64,000 nucleotides of DNA from Octopus vulgaris. Its lineage: Eukaryota. The first letter of the stretch is position 1; each line of letters begins with the position of its first letter. The stretch is taken from the NCBI GenBank assembly GCA_951406725.2, contig OX597816.1, positions 496,001 to 560,000 on the forward strand, given 5' to 3'. The position numbers and the translations under genes are program-made. The notes beneath the pieces were generated by a model. It ran no database searches, was not told where the DNA came from, and worked only from the letters and a program-made list of their open reading frames with translations. Below are positions 13,499 through 26,300 of this stretch, piece after piece.

Positions 13499-13714
13499 CA
13501 ATCTTCTCCCACTTGTCCTCTATCTACTGTATCCTGTTTCTGAGTTCAAATTCCATTGAGGTCAACTTTGCATTTCATCCTTTCAGGGTCAATGAAACGA
13601 GAATCAGCCAAGCGGCTGGATGGATGTAATCAACTGGCCCCTCTCCACAAATTTCAGGACTTGTCCTTACTGTTGAAAGGATTATCAGTATTAATATTAC
13701 CGTTCAACGTGGCA

Positions 13715-14065
13715 AGCTGGAAGAATTGTTAACAGTGGCATTGCATGCATCTTTACATTCTGAGTTCAGATGCCACTGGAAGTTGACTTTGCTTTTCATC
13801 CTTGTGGAGGCTGAACACTGAAATTGCTGCAACTGACTTAGCCCCTCCCCCATAATGAATCCATAAGCACATAGAAAACATCCAAAAGTATATTTTTCCC
13901 CCACTGAAGATATTATGCTCAGGTCATATAAATATAAATTTGATATTTACTTAATATTTACTGAGTATTCACTGAAACAGCTGTAAGGGAAGATGATGAA
14001 TTTGCTGGCATGGGTTGGACTTGATGGCCTTGTGCCAAAATTAGAAAGCATTATTATTATTACTA
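13715..14065 (+). mobile_element. Degenerate family-A SINE containing a 171-bp templated insertion
   Basis: TTCTGAGTTCAGAT..TTGACTTTGCTTTTCATCC core; tail CCCCTCCCC|..|TTGATGGCCTTGTGCCAAAATTAGAA split by sequence copied from 17689-17973. Confidence 0.75.
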
Positions 14066-15369
14066 TTCTGCTGCTTTTCACTTCCTCCACACCCTTTTCT
14101 GCAATCATTCATCTCTTCTCCTATTTTAATTACTTGTAAGGACACTGTATTTCGTTATGCAGCCATAACATACTACAAAGACGGAGTCAATACTGTGTCC
14201 TGCTGTGTTAGCAGTGCAATTAAATCACTTTTTAAGGTTATTTTTACAGATTTTCTAAAGAATTTACAGCCAACACTGATTTGTATGTACCAGTTGCCAG
14301 GAATGTGTTTAATGTATAAAACTGGTCTGTCCAATATTGTGTTACACCACTATACTTCATAGCTATTTAAGCCATGTGTGTTTGTGGATGCTGAATGAGT
14401 TGGATGTGGTGCTTAATAGAAGGGGCAAGAACTCCTAAGATATGTATATACACCCCATTACCTATTTTCTCATCATCGATCACTTTGTTCACATGAGATG
14501 CAGTTGGATATGAAATGCCATAACAAATCAGTGCCGGCCAGAGATAATCTCTCTACCACCCCTCAACTCAGGTACCATTGGCCACCTCTTAATCCTACCC
14601 AATTTCAACAGTTTTCACCTGCTCTTCCCCTTCCCTACTTATCATCCTTCAACACTTGTTCTTCATTCTATTCACCCTCTCATCCATTCCTTATCTACAA
14701 CCATCCCCAATTCTCCCATACACGTTTATAAGCTCTGCTTATCCACACTTTATATTCTCCTGTCCCCCATCACATACTTTGTTCCTTGAGTGTCAACCCT
14801 GACATTTCATTGCCATTATTTTTATCTTTTTCCACCTCTACTCTGACCACTCTTCTATAATGTGAGTAGCCATGTAGCTCCTCTACTGCAAGAAATCTGA
14901 TGCTGATGGCATTAAAAAAGCACCCAGTCTACACACTGTAAAGCAAATGGTTTTAGGAAGGGCATCTGACATAGAAACCCTGCCAAAGTAGGCAATGGAG
15001 CACCATGTGGTCCTCTGACCTGTCAGATTCTGTCAGACCATCCAACCCATGGCAACAGTGAAGACAGATGCTAAAAGATGATGATGATGATGATGATTAT
15101 GATAATGAAGATGACGACGATAATGATGATGACAATGAGAGTAATGCTGACAATGTTGATGATGATTTGTGCACATCAGTTGTTGTCTCCCAATATGCCT
15201 TCCAGCAAATCTAATTGCTTCCATTTCATCAAAATGCCCTTCAACGTACATTCGTTATTATCTGCCATGACCTTCTCTGCTTCTGTTATCAAATGATAAA
15301 TTCACTTCAGCAGACAACTACTCAACACTGTTCAGCTTATCTTCTTTCTCTTTCTATTATATCTGTTTG

Positions 15370-15621
15370 GGCGGCGAGCTGACAGAAACGTTAGCACGCC
15401 AGGCAAAACGTTAGCACTCCGGGCGAAATGCATAGCCGTATTTCGTCTGCCATTACGTTCTGAGTTCAAATTCCGCTGAGGTCAACTTTGCCTTTCATCC
15501 TTTCGGGGTCGATAAATAAATACCAATTACGCACTGGGGTCGATGTAATTGACTTAATCCGTGTGTCTGTCCTTGTTTGTCCCCTCTGTGTTTAGCCCCT
15601 TGTGGGTAGTAAAGAAATATA
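15370..15621 (+). mobile_element. Full-length family-A tRNA-derived SINE (Meta-domain-like core)
   Basis: GGCGGCGAGCTGACAGAAACGTTAGC head, B-box GAGTTCAAATTCC, 15-bp TSD TATTATATCT(G/C)TTTG (15355-15369, 15622-15636); small internal duplication of the head. Confidence 0.9.
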
Positions 15622-16639
15622 TATTATATCTCTTTGGAGCAGGTGCTTGGGTCAGGCATGAGGTCAGACGTAGCTCCAGCATGGGCAGGCATGGATGGAT
15701 GTTCACTTCCCAATCATATTGTTCCAGGTTCAGTCCCACAGCACAGTACTTTCAGCAAATGTCTCCTTACAATATCTCTGAGCCAACCAAGGGCATACAA
15801 AGTGGATGAGTGGATTTGGTAGATGGACATTGAAAGGCCATTGTTTGTGTGTGGGTGGGGACATGTCTAACTGTTTCTCTGTTTGCTTGCACCTGCAATC
15901 ACCTGTACAATAGATTTATCTGTCAGTGTTGTTGTTCTCAGTCATCCACCTAAAAAAAAAAAAACATCCAGTCACTTTTGTACCTTCAAAGCCATGTGGG
16001 AAACAGGTCAGGGTTAGCCTCAGAATGGGTATTCAGCAGTAAAACAATGCCTTAAATGGTATAATCATCCAATCAATGCAAGCATGAAAAACAGATGCAG
16101 AACAAAAACAATGAGATTTCAGTCATTTGAACTTGAGTCAGCTTCAGTCCACAGCAGCAAATTCTTCTCTCTTGCTGTTACAGATTTTCAGTATACAGAA
16201 TTGTTTCAAATATTTTTTGTTTTGTTTTTATCCCCAAAGACGTCTTGATTCTTTCTCATGAACCAACTTGCTCTTTTGAAACCTCAATACTTCTTCTCAT
16301 CCTCCCAGCTCAAAAACATTCCAAACTTCTAATGTTGATAGCACACTTGGCTGATCATTCAAATCCTATTATTCCCACCAGCTTTTCCTGACAATTTGAT
16401 AACAAAAATCTCTCGGGCTATATAATGTCATTTGTCCAACTGCCTTAACAAAAATATAGACATAATGTATATAATACATAATTTTTTACACTACAACAGC
16501 AAAAAAGAAGCTAAAATTAAGAGCAGAGAGAAATATATATATATATATATTCACATACCGTCCAACACATGCCAGCATGGAAAGCAGACGTTAAATGACA
16601 ATGATGATGATGACATACACACACACATAGATATATGCA

Positions 16640-17030
<391 letters not shown>

Positions 17031-17454
17031 TACTATTTACCCTGCTGCTTAACAGAGCAAAATATTGGTAGATGGAAAGTGTGTGGTGGGGTTGTAGCTA
17101 ACAGTAAAGTGCTTAGTATACTAATGGGAAAAAGCAGAAAAAGGCACAAGAAAAAAGTATTTTTTATTCAAGAAATGTGCTAGTTTATAAGGGAGAAACC
17201 TTATTGGAGCAATGTCAGGGCTAAATACCAGGACAAAAGCCTCCTTTAATTGAGTTGTTTATGGGTTTGTCACTCCTTAATCTGTTATTTATAAAAACAA
17301 TTATTCATTTCCATTCTTTTGGGGGGGAAATTATTGAAACTTTACTGGGTGCCAAGTTGTTCAATTGGAAGTAAGACATTGTTAAAGGGAAGGATGTGAA
17401 GGATTGCTTATGTACATATGTATGTATATATGTATATGTAAGTATGTATATAGG

Positions 17455-17492
<38 letters not shown>

Positions 17493-17570
17493 TGTATGTA
17501 TGTATATGTAAGCATTTGTGTATGGATGTAGGTAAATAAGTAGGTATGTATGTGTAGGAATGTATGTGTT

Positions 17571-17602
<32 letters not shown>

Positions 17603-17611
17603 GTTTATAAA

Positions 17612-17896
17612 AGAAGAAAATGAAAATGGGGATTGGGAAGTTAATAATTGTTTATTACTAACAGCAAATTAATCATCTTCTGAGTCAGCCATAATGAATC
17701 CATAAGCACATAGAAAACATCCAAAAGTATATTTTTCCCCCACTGAAGATATTATGCTCAGGTCATATAAATATAAATTTGATATTTACTTAATATTTAC
17801 TGAGTATTCACTGAAACAGCTGTAAGGCAAGATGATGAATTTGCTGTTCATAATAAACAGTTATTAGCTTCCCAATCCCCATTTTCTCTTTCTTCT
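17612..17896. mobile_element. MITE/foldback element with ~68-bp imperfect terminal inverted repeats
   Basis: AGAAGAAAATGAAAATGGGGATTGGGAAG..AATCATCTT (17612-17679) is the reverse complement of AAGATGATGAATTTGC..CTTCCCAATCCCCATTTTCTCTTTCTTCT (17829-17896). Confidence 0.75.
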
Positions 17897-17920
17897 CTAA
17901 ATGAATATAAACAGAGTGTT

Positions 17921-20900
17921 CATCATCATCATCATCGTTTAGCGTCCGCTTTCCATGCTGGCATGGGTTGGACGGCGCAACTGGGGTCTCGGAAGTCAGA
18001 AGGCTGCACCAGGCCCAGTCTGATCTGGCAATGTTTCTACGGCCGGATGCCCTTCCTAACGCCAACCACTCCATGATTGTAGTGGGTGCTTTTTATGTGA
18101 CAGATGAGGCTGGCAAATGACCACGGTCGGATGGTGCTTTTTACGTGCCACCGGCACGGAGGCCAGGCGGGGCTGGCAACGGCCACGATTGGATGGTGCT
18201 TTTTACGTGCCACCGGCAGGGAAGCCAGTCGGGGCAGCACTGGCAATGGCCACGTTCGGATGGTTCTCTTATGTGCCACCGGCAATGGTATTACAGCTAC
18301 AATTTCCATTGATGTTGATCAATTTAGCTTTTGATTTCACTTGCCTCAACAGGTCTTCACAAGTAGAGTTTTGTGTCCCAAGAAGGAACGGTATGCATAG
18401 GTGGACTGAGGTCATGGGTTATGGTCTCACTTGTCCTGCCGGGTCTTCTCACACACAGCATACTTCCAAAGGTCTCGGTCTCTAGTGATTTCCTCGGTGA
18501 GACCTAAAGTTTGAAGGTCGTGCTTCAGCACCTCATCCCAGGTTTTCCTAGGTCTACCTCTTCCACAGGTTCCCTCAACCGCTAGGGTGTGGCACTTTTT
18601 CACACAACTATCTTCATCCATTCTCGCCACATGACCATACCAGTGCAAACGTCTCTCTTGCACACCACAACTGATGCTTCTTAGGCCCAACTTCTCTCTC
18701 AAGGTACTTACACTCTGTCGAGTATGAACACTGACATTACACATCCATCGGAGTATACTGGCTTCATTTCTTGCGAGCTTACACATATCCTCAGCAGTCA
18801 CAGCCCATGTTTCACTGCCATGTAGCATGGCTGTTCGTACACATGCATCATACAGTCTGCCTTTTACTCTGAGCAAGAGGCCTTTTGTCACCAGCAGGGG
18901 TAAGAGCTCTCTGAACTTTGCCCAGGCTATTCTTACTCTAGCAGTTACACTTTCAACACACCAGCTCCCGCTACTGACTTGGTCACCTAGGTAATGGAAG
19001 CTATCAACAATTTCTAGTTTTTCTCCCTGGAACATGGTAGACGTTGGTCTCTGCACATTTTCAGTGTTAATTGCTCCTGAGCATCTGCCACATACAAAAA
19101 CGATTTCCTAGTTAGCCTTCCCTTGGCATTGCTGCACCTCTTATGTGTCCATAGCTTACACTTGGTGCATCTGATAAAGTTTGTACCTACGCTTTTTCTA
19201 CAGATCGAGCAAGGCCATCTACCTGAAGGCATTTGTGACTTGTCTACCTTGCTACTTTGGTTTTAGCTAGGTTGACTCTAAGGCCCTTCGATTCTAATCC
19301 TTACTTCCACACCTGAAACTTCTCCTCCAGTTCTGATAGTGACTCAGCAATTAGAGCAAGGTCATCAGCATAGAGAAGCTCCCAGGGGCATCATGTCTTG
19401 AATTCCTTCATTATTGCCTGGAGCACTATGATAAATAGGAGGAGGCTGAGGACTGAACCTTGGTGGACCCCTACCTCTACCCGAAATTCTTCACTGTACT
19501 CGTTGCCAACCCTCACCTTACTAGCAGCATCCCTGTACATGGCTTGCATAGCTCTCACTAACCATTCATCTATCCCTAGTTTCCTCATTGACCACCAGAT
19601 AAGGTTACTGGGGGACCCTGTCGAAGGCTTTCTCCATGTCAATGAAAGCCAGGTACAGAGGCTTATCTTTGGCTAGATATTTTTCCTGCAGCTGTCTTTC
19701 CAGGAATATAGCATCAGTGGTACTTTTCCTTGGCACGAACCCAAACTGCATCTCATCTAAACTAACTCTCTCTCTAATTAGTTGGGCTATGACACTCTCC
19801 ATAACCTGCATTACCTGATCCAACAGCTTGATACCTCTGTAATTATTTGTATCTAGGGCATCACCTTTACCTTTGTAGCAGTTGACTATTATGCTGCTAC
19901 ACCAGTCATTGGGAATGACTCCTTCGTGTATCACCTGGTTAACTATACGGGTGACAAGGCTATAGCCGACACTGCCAGATATTTTGAGCATCTCTGCAGT
20001 GATTCCTGATGGGCCTGGGGCTTTCCCTGTCTTCATACTTCTAATTGCCTTAACTACCAAGGAACTGTCAACTTGGATAGCTGGTCCCTCTGTTGGGTCG
20101 ACATTCGGCAGACTCTCTTTATCCCATTCATTTTCTTTATTCAGCAACCTTTCATAGTGGCATCTCCAAACCTCTCTCTTTGCATCCTCATTTAGCGCAA
20201 GTGAACCATCATCCATGCGAACACATTTCTCTCCTACCACATCACGATTCTCTCTCACACACTGTCTTGCAACGCGATATACCTCAAGTCTTTGGTCCTC
20301 ACGGTGCAGAACATTGGCAATTTTTTTCTTATCTGCTTCCCCTCTGGCTAGATAGACCTGTCTCCTAGCTTCTCTTTTGGCAGTCTGATACAATTCCCTG
20401 CTACCCCCATTCTTCCAGTGCTTCCAAGTCTGTCTCTTTTCTCTAATAGCCCTGTCTACAACACTGTTCCACCACCACGTTATTTTAGGTCGAGAGGGGA
20501 CTTGGCACCAGCCACAGATCTGGTCAGTGACTTTCAGCAGGTTGTCCCTTAGAATCCTCCAGTTGTCTTCTACCCCATGTGAAGCTATATCCCCTTCTAC
20601 TTCGTCAAAGGTTTCAAGTAATATGTCCCTAAATCTCTGTCCAATTGCAGGATCTTTAAGCTTCCAGATCCTTCTTCTCCATGTTGGTCATCTTCTGGTC
20701 GTCCTCTTAGTCCTGATCCTAAAGTCACTAACTACCAGTCTATGTTGTGGGGTACATTCTTCGCCTGGGAAGGTTTTGGCATTTATAAGCAGCCATCTTT
20801 CCTTTTTCCTGGCAAGGATGTAGTTAATTTGGCTGGTATGTCGACCCGATCGGTAGGTGACTAGGTGGCTGGTAGGTTTCCTGAAGTTAGTGTTGCAAAC

Positions 20901-21320
20901 CATAAGATCATTTGCATCGCAGAACTCCAGCAGCCTGGTTCCCTCCTCATTGCGGGAACCATAACCATAGCCTCCATGTACGCCATGGAAGACCCAGCAT
21001 GTCGTCCAACATGCCCATTGAAGTCACCAGCCACAAAGAGAAGGTCTCTGTCGTTCGTCAACGAGGTAGTCTGCAGTAGGGCGTGATAGAATCGGTCTTT
21101 CTGTCCATCGGGTAGCCCTGGCTGAGGGGCATAGGCCAATATATCATCATCATCATCGTCTGGTTGCTAATCCATGACGAAGCACTAATCTAATTTTAAG
21201 TATTCTGTCACATACTCTGATTACCTCAATTACCTTATCTACCCATTTTTCAGCGAGAAGTATACCCACACCTCCAACCCCGTCAGTGTTCCCTGCTCAG
21301 ATAGTCTTGTACCTGTGTTG
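17921..21320 (-). mobile_element. RTE-clade LINE (GAT-tailed family), 5'-truncated within the APE domain, frameshifted
   Basis: APE motifs (AYAPQ, AGDFNGHVG, QHRLV); RT motifs (GKAPGPSG, NYRGIKL, DMEKAFD, GVHQGS, LYADD, FHYLG); PHD-type insert; 3'UTR unit array; (GAT)n tail at 17921. Confidence 0.95.
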
Positions 21321-21360
<40 letters not shown>

Positions 21361-21490
21361 ATACCTATTATTTTAAGGAAATTAATTCCCCCCAAAATAC
21401 TAGGTATTGAACCTGCATTTCCTTGGATGAAACCATCCTTTCATGAGGTTAACATAACATCTAATCAAATATATATATATATATATATAT

Positions 21491-21803
21491 GTGGAGGCGC
21501 AATGGCCTAGTGGTTAGGGCAGCGGACTCGCGGTTGTAGGATCGTGGTTTCAATTCCCAGACCAGGCGTTGTGAGTGTTTATTGAGCGAAAACACCTAAA
21601 GCTCCACGAAGTTCCGGCAGGGGGAGGTGGCGATCCCTGTTGTACTCTTTCGCCACAATTTTCTCTCACTCTTTCTTCTGTTGGCCTGCTCACTTAGCCA
21701 GCGGGGTGGCATCATTTGAAGGCTAAAACAATGCAAAGCGCATTGTGACCAGCGATGTGTAGCAACATCTGATAGCCTGGTTGGTCATGGTGATCACGGT
21801 GAT
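21491..21803 (+). mobile_element. tRNA(Arg-like)-derived SINE (family B, tail type 1)
   Basis: GGAGGCGCAATGGCCTAGTGGTTAGGGCAGCGGACTCGCGG..GGTTTCAATTCCC head with A/B boxes; flanked by (TA)n. Confidence 0.85.
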
Positions 21804-21814
21804 ATATATATATA

Positions 21815-22224
21815 TACCAGCCTCCCCTGGCACGTATGCCGGTGGCACGTAAAAAACACCAACCATCCATGTGTGGTTGACTGGCTTCCATGCCGGTGGC
21901 ACGTAAAAAGCACCCACTACACTCTCGGAGTGGTTGGCGTTAGGAAGGGCATCCAGCTGTAGAAACACTGCCAGATCAGACTGGAGCCTGGTGCAGCCTC
22001 CTGGTTTCCCAGACCCCGGATGAACAGTCCAACCCATGCTAGCATGAAAAACGGACGTTAAACGATGATGATGATGATGATGGCGTTAGGAAGGGCATCC
22101 AGCCGTAGAAACACTGCCAGATCTGACTGGGCCTGATGAAGCCTTCCAGCTTCACAGACCCCAGTTGAACCGTCCAACCCATGCTAGCATGGAGAACGGA
22201 CGCTAAATGATGATGATGATGATG

Positions 22225-22225
<1 letters not shown>
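21815..22225 (+). mobile_element. Two tandem RTE 3'-end fragments, each ending in (GAT)n
   Basis: GGCGTTAGGAAGGGCATCCAGC..CCCATGCTAGCATG..GGACG(T/C)TAAA(GAT)n occurs twice. Confidence 0.9.
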
Positions 22226-22249
<24 letters not shown>

Positions 22250-22258
<9 letters not shown>

Positions 22259-22449
22259 GTCTGGGGAGAGTCTTTCTCTATTGGTGCTTTATTATTTAAC
22301 ACACTCACTGGTAAAGTTTCCACTCATTTACTTATTTATTTTCCCTAAAATTTTCGTTGTGACTTGCAAACTTTTCAATAGTTGTTGACTCTGTCCGTTA
22401 TCTGAGCTGCGTTCTTTTTGCTTGTTTGTGCACAAGTGTGTGTGCATAC

Positions 22450-22480
<31 letters not shown>

Positions 22481-22599
22481 TGCATGTATTTACCAGTGAG
22501 TGTGTTAAATAATAAGGCAGTAAAAGAGAATGACTCTCCCCAGTCACAACAAAATATGCTTCAACATACAAACTCACATAAAGAATCTAAAAAACCAAG

Positions 22600-22600
<1 letters not shown>
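22250..22600. repeat. Inverted pair of a dispersed repeat (possible Penelope-like pLTR remnant); longer copy at ~58700-58985
   Basis: TTGTTGTGTCTGGGGAGAGTC..ACACACTCACTGGTAAA (22251-22316) is inverted at 22489-22553; homologous to 58770-58830. Confidence 0.55.
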
Positions 22601-22640
<40 letters not shown>

Positions 22641-23387
22641 TGTTGTACTTCAGGATGGTCATTTTATTTATTATTCTTTTTTTTCTTTTGCCAAATAAAC
22701 ACATGTACAATATATATTTTTTTCTTCCCTTGTATATTACTGTTATTTTATTATTTTAATGCCTGTCCATTGTCTGGAAATGTTTTGTCACACATCTGTG
22801 ACCTCTTCAGAGTGACACTTTTCGTTTCCATGAATGTTCTTGCTCCACTCACTCCATTCTGTTCTTCTTGCAAAATGAATTGATAAACACACATATATAT
22901 ATATATATATATATCAACGAGAGACATTCAGTAACAGTATTCTAAAGTAATGGTTATTTGCCAACATAATGACATAATGTGGCAATCCCAGTTGGGACGA
23001 ATATTTCTGTTACAGGAAACATCATTTCCAGCTGGCGATATGACACACAATCTGTGTCTTTATATTTTCAAATGGGGGAGTTTAGCGTGCTCACTCAGCA
23101 TAAAGCAATATCTGTGGACCGTGTTTTCTGGGTTATTTCTCTTTCTTAGCACAGAATAACTGCTCGGCTGGAGGTGGTGCTGTCAAATTCCCATTTGAAT
23201 ATATGTATAATTTTCAAAGTGACACACAGTCACTGATTCAATAAATAGAAAAATTATTATTTCTAAGTCTCTTGAGAGACATTCAGTAACAGTACTCTAA
23301 AGTAAAGATTATTTGCCAACAAATGTGACATCCTGGATAGGACGAATGTTATATGAAAATATATATATGTACATTTTACATGCATAT

Positions 23388-26300
23388 CAATATTCTAAAG
23401 TTGGACCTACTATTCCTTATCCTAAAGCTGCTTCAGACAATTAGGAAGGGTTCCCGACTCGTTTCACCGTCTGCTTTCAGTCTTGGATTGTGATTCGGTT
23501 CAGCCCAAACTCTCTTAGTTTTTGTCTGCTGTTGCCTACTCCTACAAGGATTGCAGCTGTTTTTGTTCCTGCTTTAACTCAGATTTGTCCTGGAGCCCAT
23601 AGAAGATTGTTTTTGGCAACCATCTATCATGTCAGCTACCTACATATCGAAACTGAGATCTGCGAGAAGGGCTCGCTCTGCTGACCCTTTTTTGGAGAAT
23701 TCAGTTGGTGAGGTGATCGGTGATATCAGGCTTTCACATGGGGGCCCTGAACTCAGGACTTCTCATCAGGATGATGGTCCTACCAACAGTCATCTCAACG
23801 AGCAGTTGCTGTTGCTCAAACAAGAGGTAGAGCACCTAAAGTCTGTTGTTGCTCATTTACTGAATAAACAGTCTCCTATTGACGCAGAGCCACCCTTGAT
23901 TTCTTCCCTGAAGACGTCCAAACCGAAGGGAACAAAATCGAAGCGGCCAAGGAAGGCGAAGGAACCGGCGGTCGTTTCCGCACATGATCGTTCCTGTTCG
24001 GATTCTTCCTCATCTGTCTTTTCGGTCCCGGAGGTTCCCCAATCTAATTTGAGGAGCGTAGACTCAAACCCACCTGAAGACCGTTGTTCTCCCAAAAAGA
24101 AGAAACGTAGTCAAAACTCCAGTGGGGCGGATTTAGCTACGAAACCTGATCACGATAAAATCTGTTTGGATTCTCCCTCACTTGTCCTTCCCATTAATGC
24201 CATTGCTCAACCAATTCTGAACGATCTTGATGTGTGTTCATCTGGGGAGTGGTGCTCCTCCAAACCGAAGAAGAGGCAGTGCAGTTCCAAACCAGGCGGG
24301 AAAGTTATGACCACTAAACCCATTCCAATCGACCCCAAAGGCCTACATAAGTCTGATGGCTATGAAACCACCCTTTCAAAATCATCCAACGAAGAATCGA
24401 ATGCTGCAGCTCATAGTAGAGAACAGAAAGACCATTTTGCCCACTCAAGATCAGCAATCATTTATGGTAAAGCTGAATCCACCTGTGATACAGGCATAAA
24501 CCGCCTAAAAGAAGACATAAATTTTGCTTACGTTTTAGTTGGAGAATTGTTCTCTGTCAATGAAAATGTCAGTATCCATAAGGTCGCTCAGCTAGGAAGA
24601 TTCCAAGCGAACTCAACCTCAGACACTAGACCACACCCAATAAGAGTAATCTTTTCTTCCGATCAAGAGGATTCAACCTTTCTGAACAGAGCTCAGATGC
24701 ATGCCTGGGAGGACCCCAATATGGGTTTTCGTGAGGAATACTCACTGTGAGAGAGAATTCGCCGAAGAAACCTAATATCCGAACTGAAGATGAGAAAACA
24801 GATGGGAGAGAAGGGTTTACACATCCAAGATGGACAAATAATCAAGTCCTACCTCTGGTCGCATGCTGTAGTGCTGACAGGGAAAGTGAATTGAGGGCGA
24901 ATCAAAGTAAAGTAGATACCCCCGTCAACGATGCTATCTCTGATACCCCTTATTCTGCTTGTTCCCCAATTCCCGCCCCTCAAACTTCACATCTCAGCAT
25001 CGTCTATACCAACTCGTGCTCCTTATTTCCAAAGTTCAGCGAACTATTTACACTGGCTATGCGTGATTCCCATGATGTGATAGCTATCACCGAGACTTGG
25101 CTGACTCCAGCAGTAAAGGACTCGGAAATCTACCTACAGGGCTACGCCCTCTCCAGATGTGACAGAGAAAAAAAGCGAGGTGGAGGTGTTGCTGTGTATG
25201 TTAAATCTGATCTCAAACTGTCCAGCGGTATTCTACCCACTAATGCTCAACCTACAACAAAATTCGATGCCGTCTATTGCAAGCTGAGCCTATCCGAGTT
25301 TTGCCTGCCCGTGTTAGCTGTCTACAGGCCGCCTCTTGCCGACCCCCAGGACGATGCTCATTTACTCCAAGCGATAAGATTCGTTTCAGCTTCTCATGAC
25401 TGTTTGATATTAGGAGACTTCAACACTCCCACGATCGATTGGCCCGCATCAATTTGTACATCATCTTCCTGGTTCAGCCAGGCCCTTCTTGACGTGGCTG
25501 AAGATTGTTTTCTATCGCAACATGTTGAATATCCGACAAGGCATCGGTCTGGGAAGCAGCCATCTATGCTGGATCTGGTATTCTACCGCTATCCAGTGTC
25601 AGACGTATCTGTGTCAGACGTATCTGTGTGCGCCCCTCTTGCCAAGAGTGATCATGCGGTCCTGAAGTTCATCATGCACACAACTTTTTCTACGCCCATG
25701 ACTACTTCGCTGCCACATAGAGTCTTCTCTGCAATTAATCTTGAAATTCTAACCGAGGCTTCTGCACTTCTGGACTGGCGATCCCTGATGATGTTGTCCT
25801 CAGTTGACGAACTATGGTCGTCCCTCAAAGCATATGTAATCTGGTTGACTGACCAAGCAGTTCCCGTTGGGCTTCCCAAGAAGAAGAAACACAAGCCCTG
25901 GGTGACAAAGAAGGTTAAACGAGAACTTCGACTCAGAGATATTGCTTGGACTGAATTCAAAAATCTGGATTCAACTGCAGCTTTTGAGGTGTACAAAACT
26001 CAACGAGACCGAGCCGTGAAAATTGAAAAGGAAGAACGCTTCAGTTATGAATACAAAATCGCGGCAAACACCAGTAGCAATCCCAAAACCTTCTTTGCCC
26101 ATGTCCAACGGAATTCCCGCTTGAACAACCAAATTGCAACGTTGGTAGACTCAACAGGTGTATCGATTGAGGACCCTTATCACAGAGTCAATTATATGCC
26201 GAGGCTTTTTCAACTATTTTCAAACAAGATGATGGTCGTGAACCCCCTCCATTTGATAGATCGGTACCTCCGATGCTTCGATTGGTCATCATGCGGGACG

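Noticed and set aside
21491-21565. Functional tRNA-Arg gene
   Set aside because: The acceptor stem does not close and the sequence continues into a SINE body repeated at 59 kb
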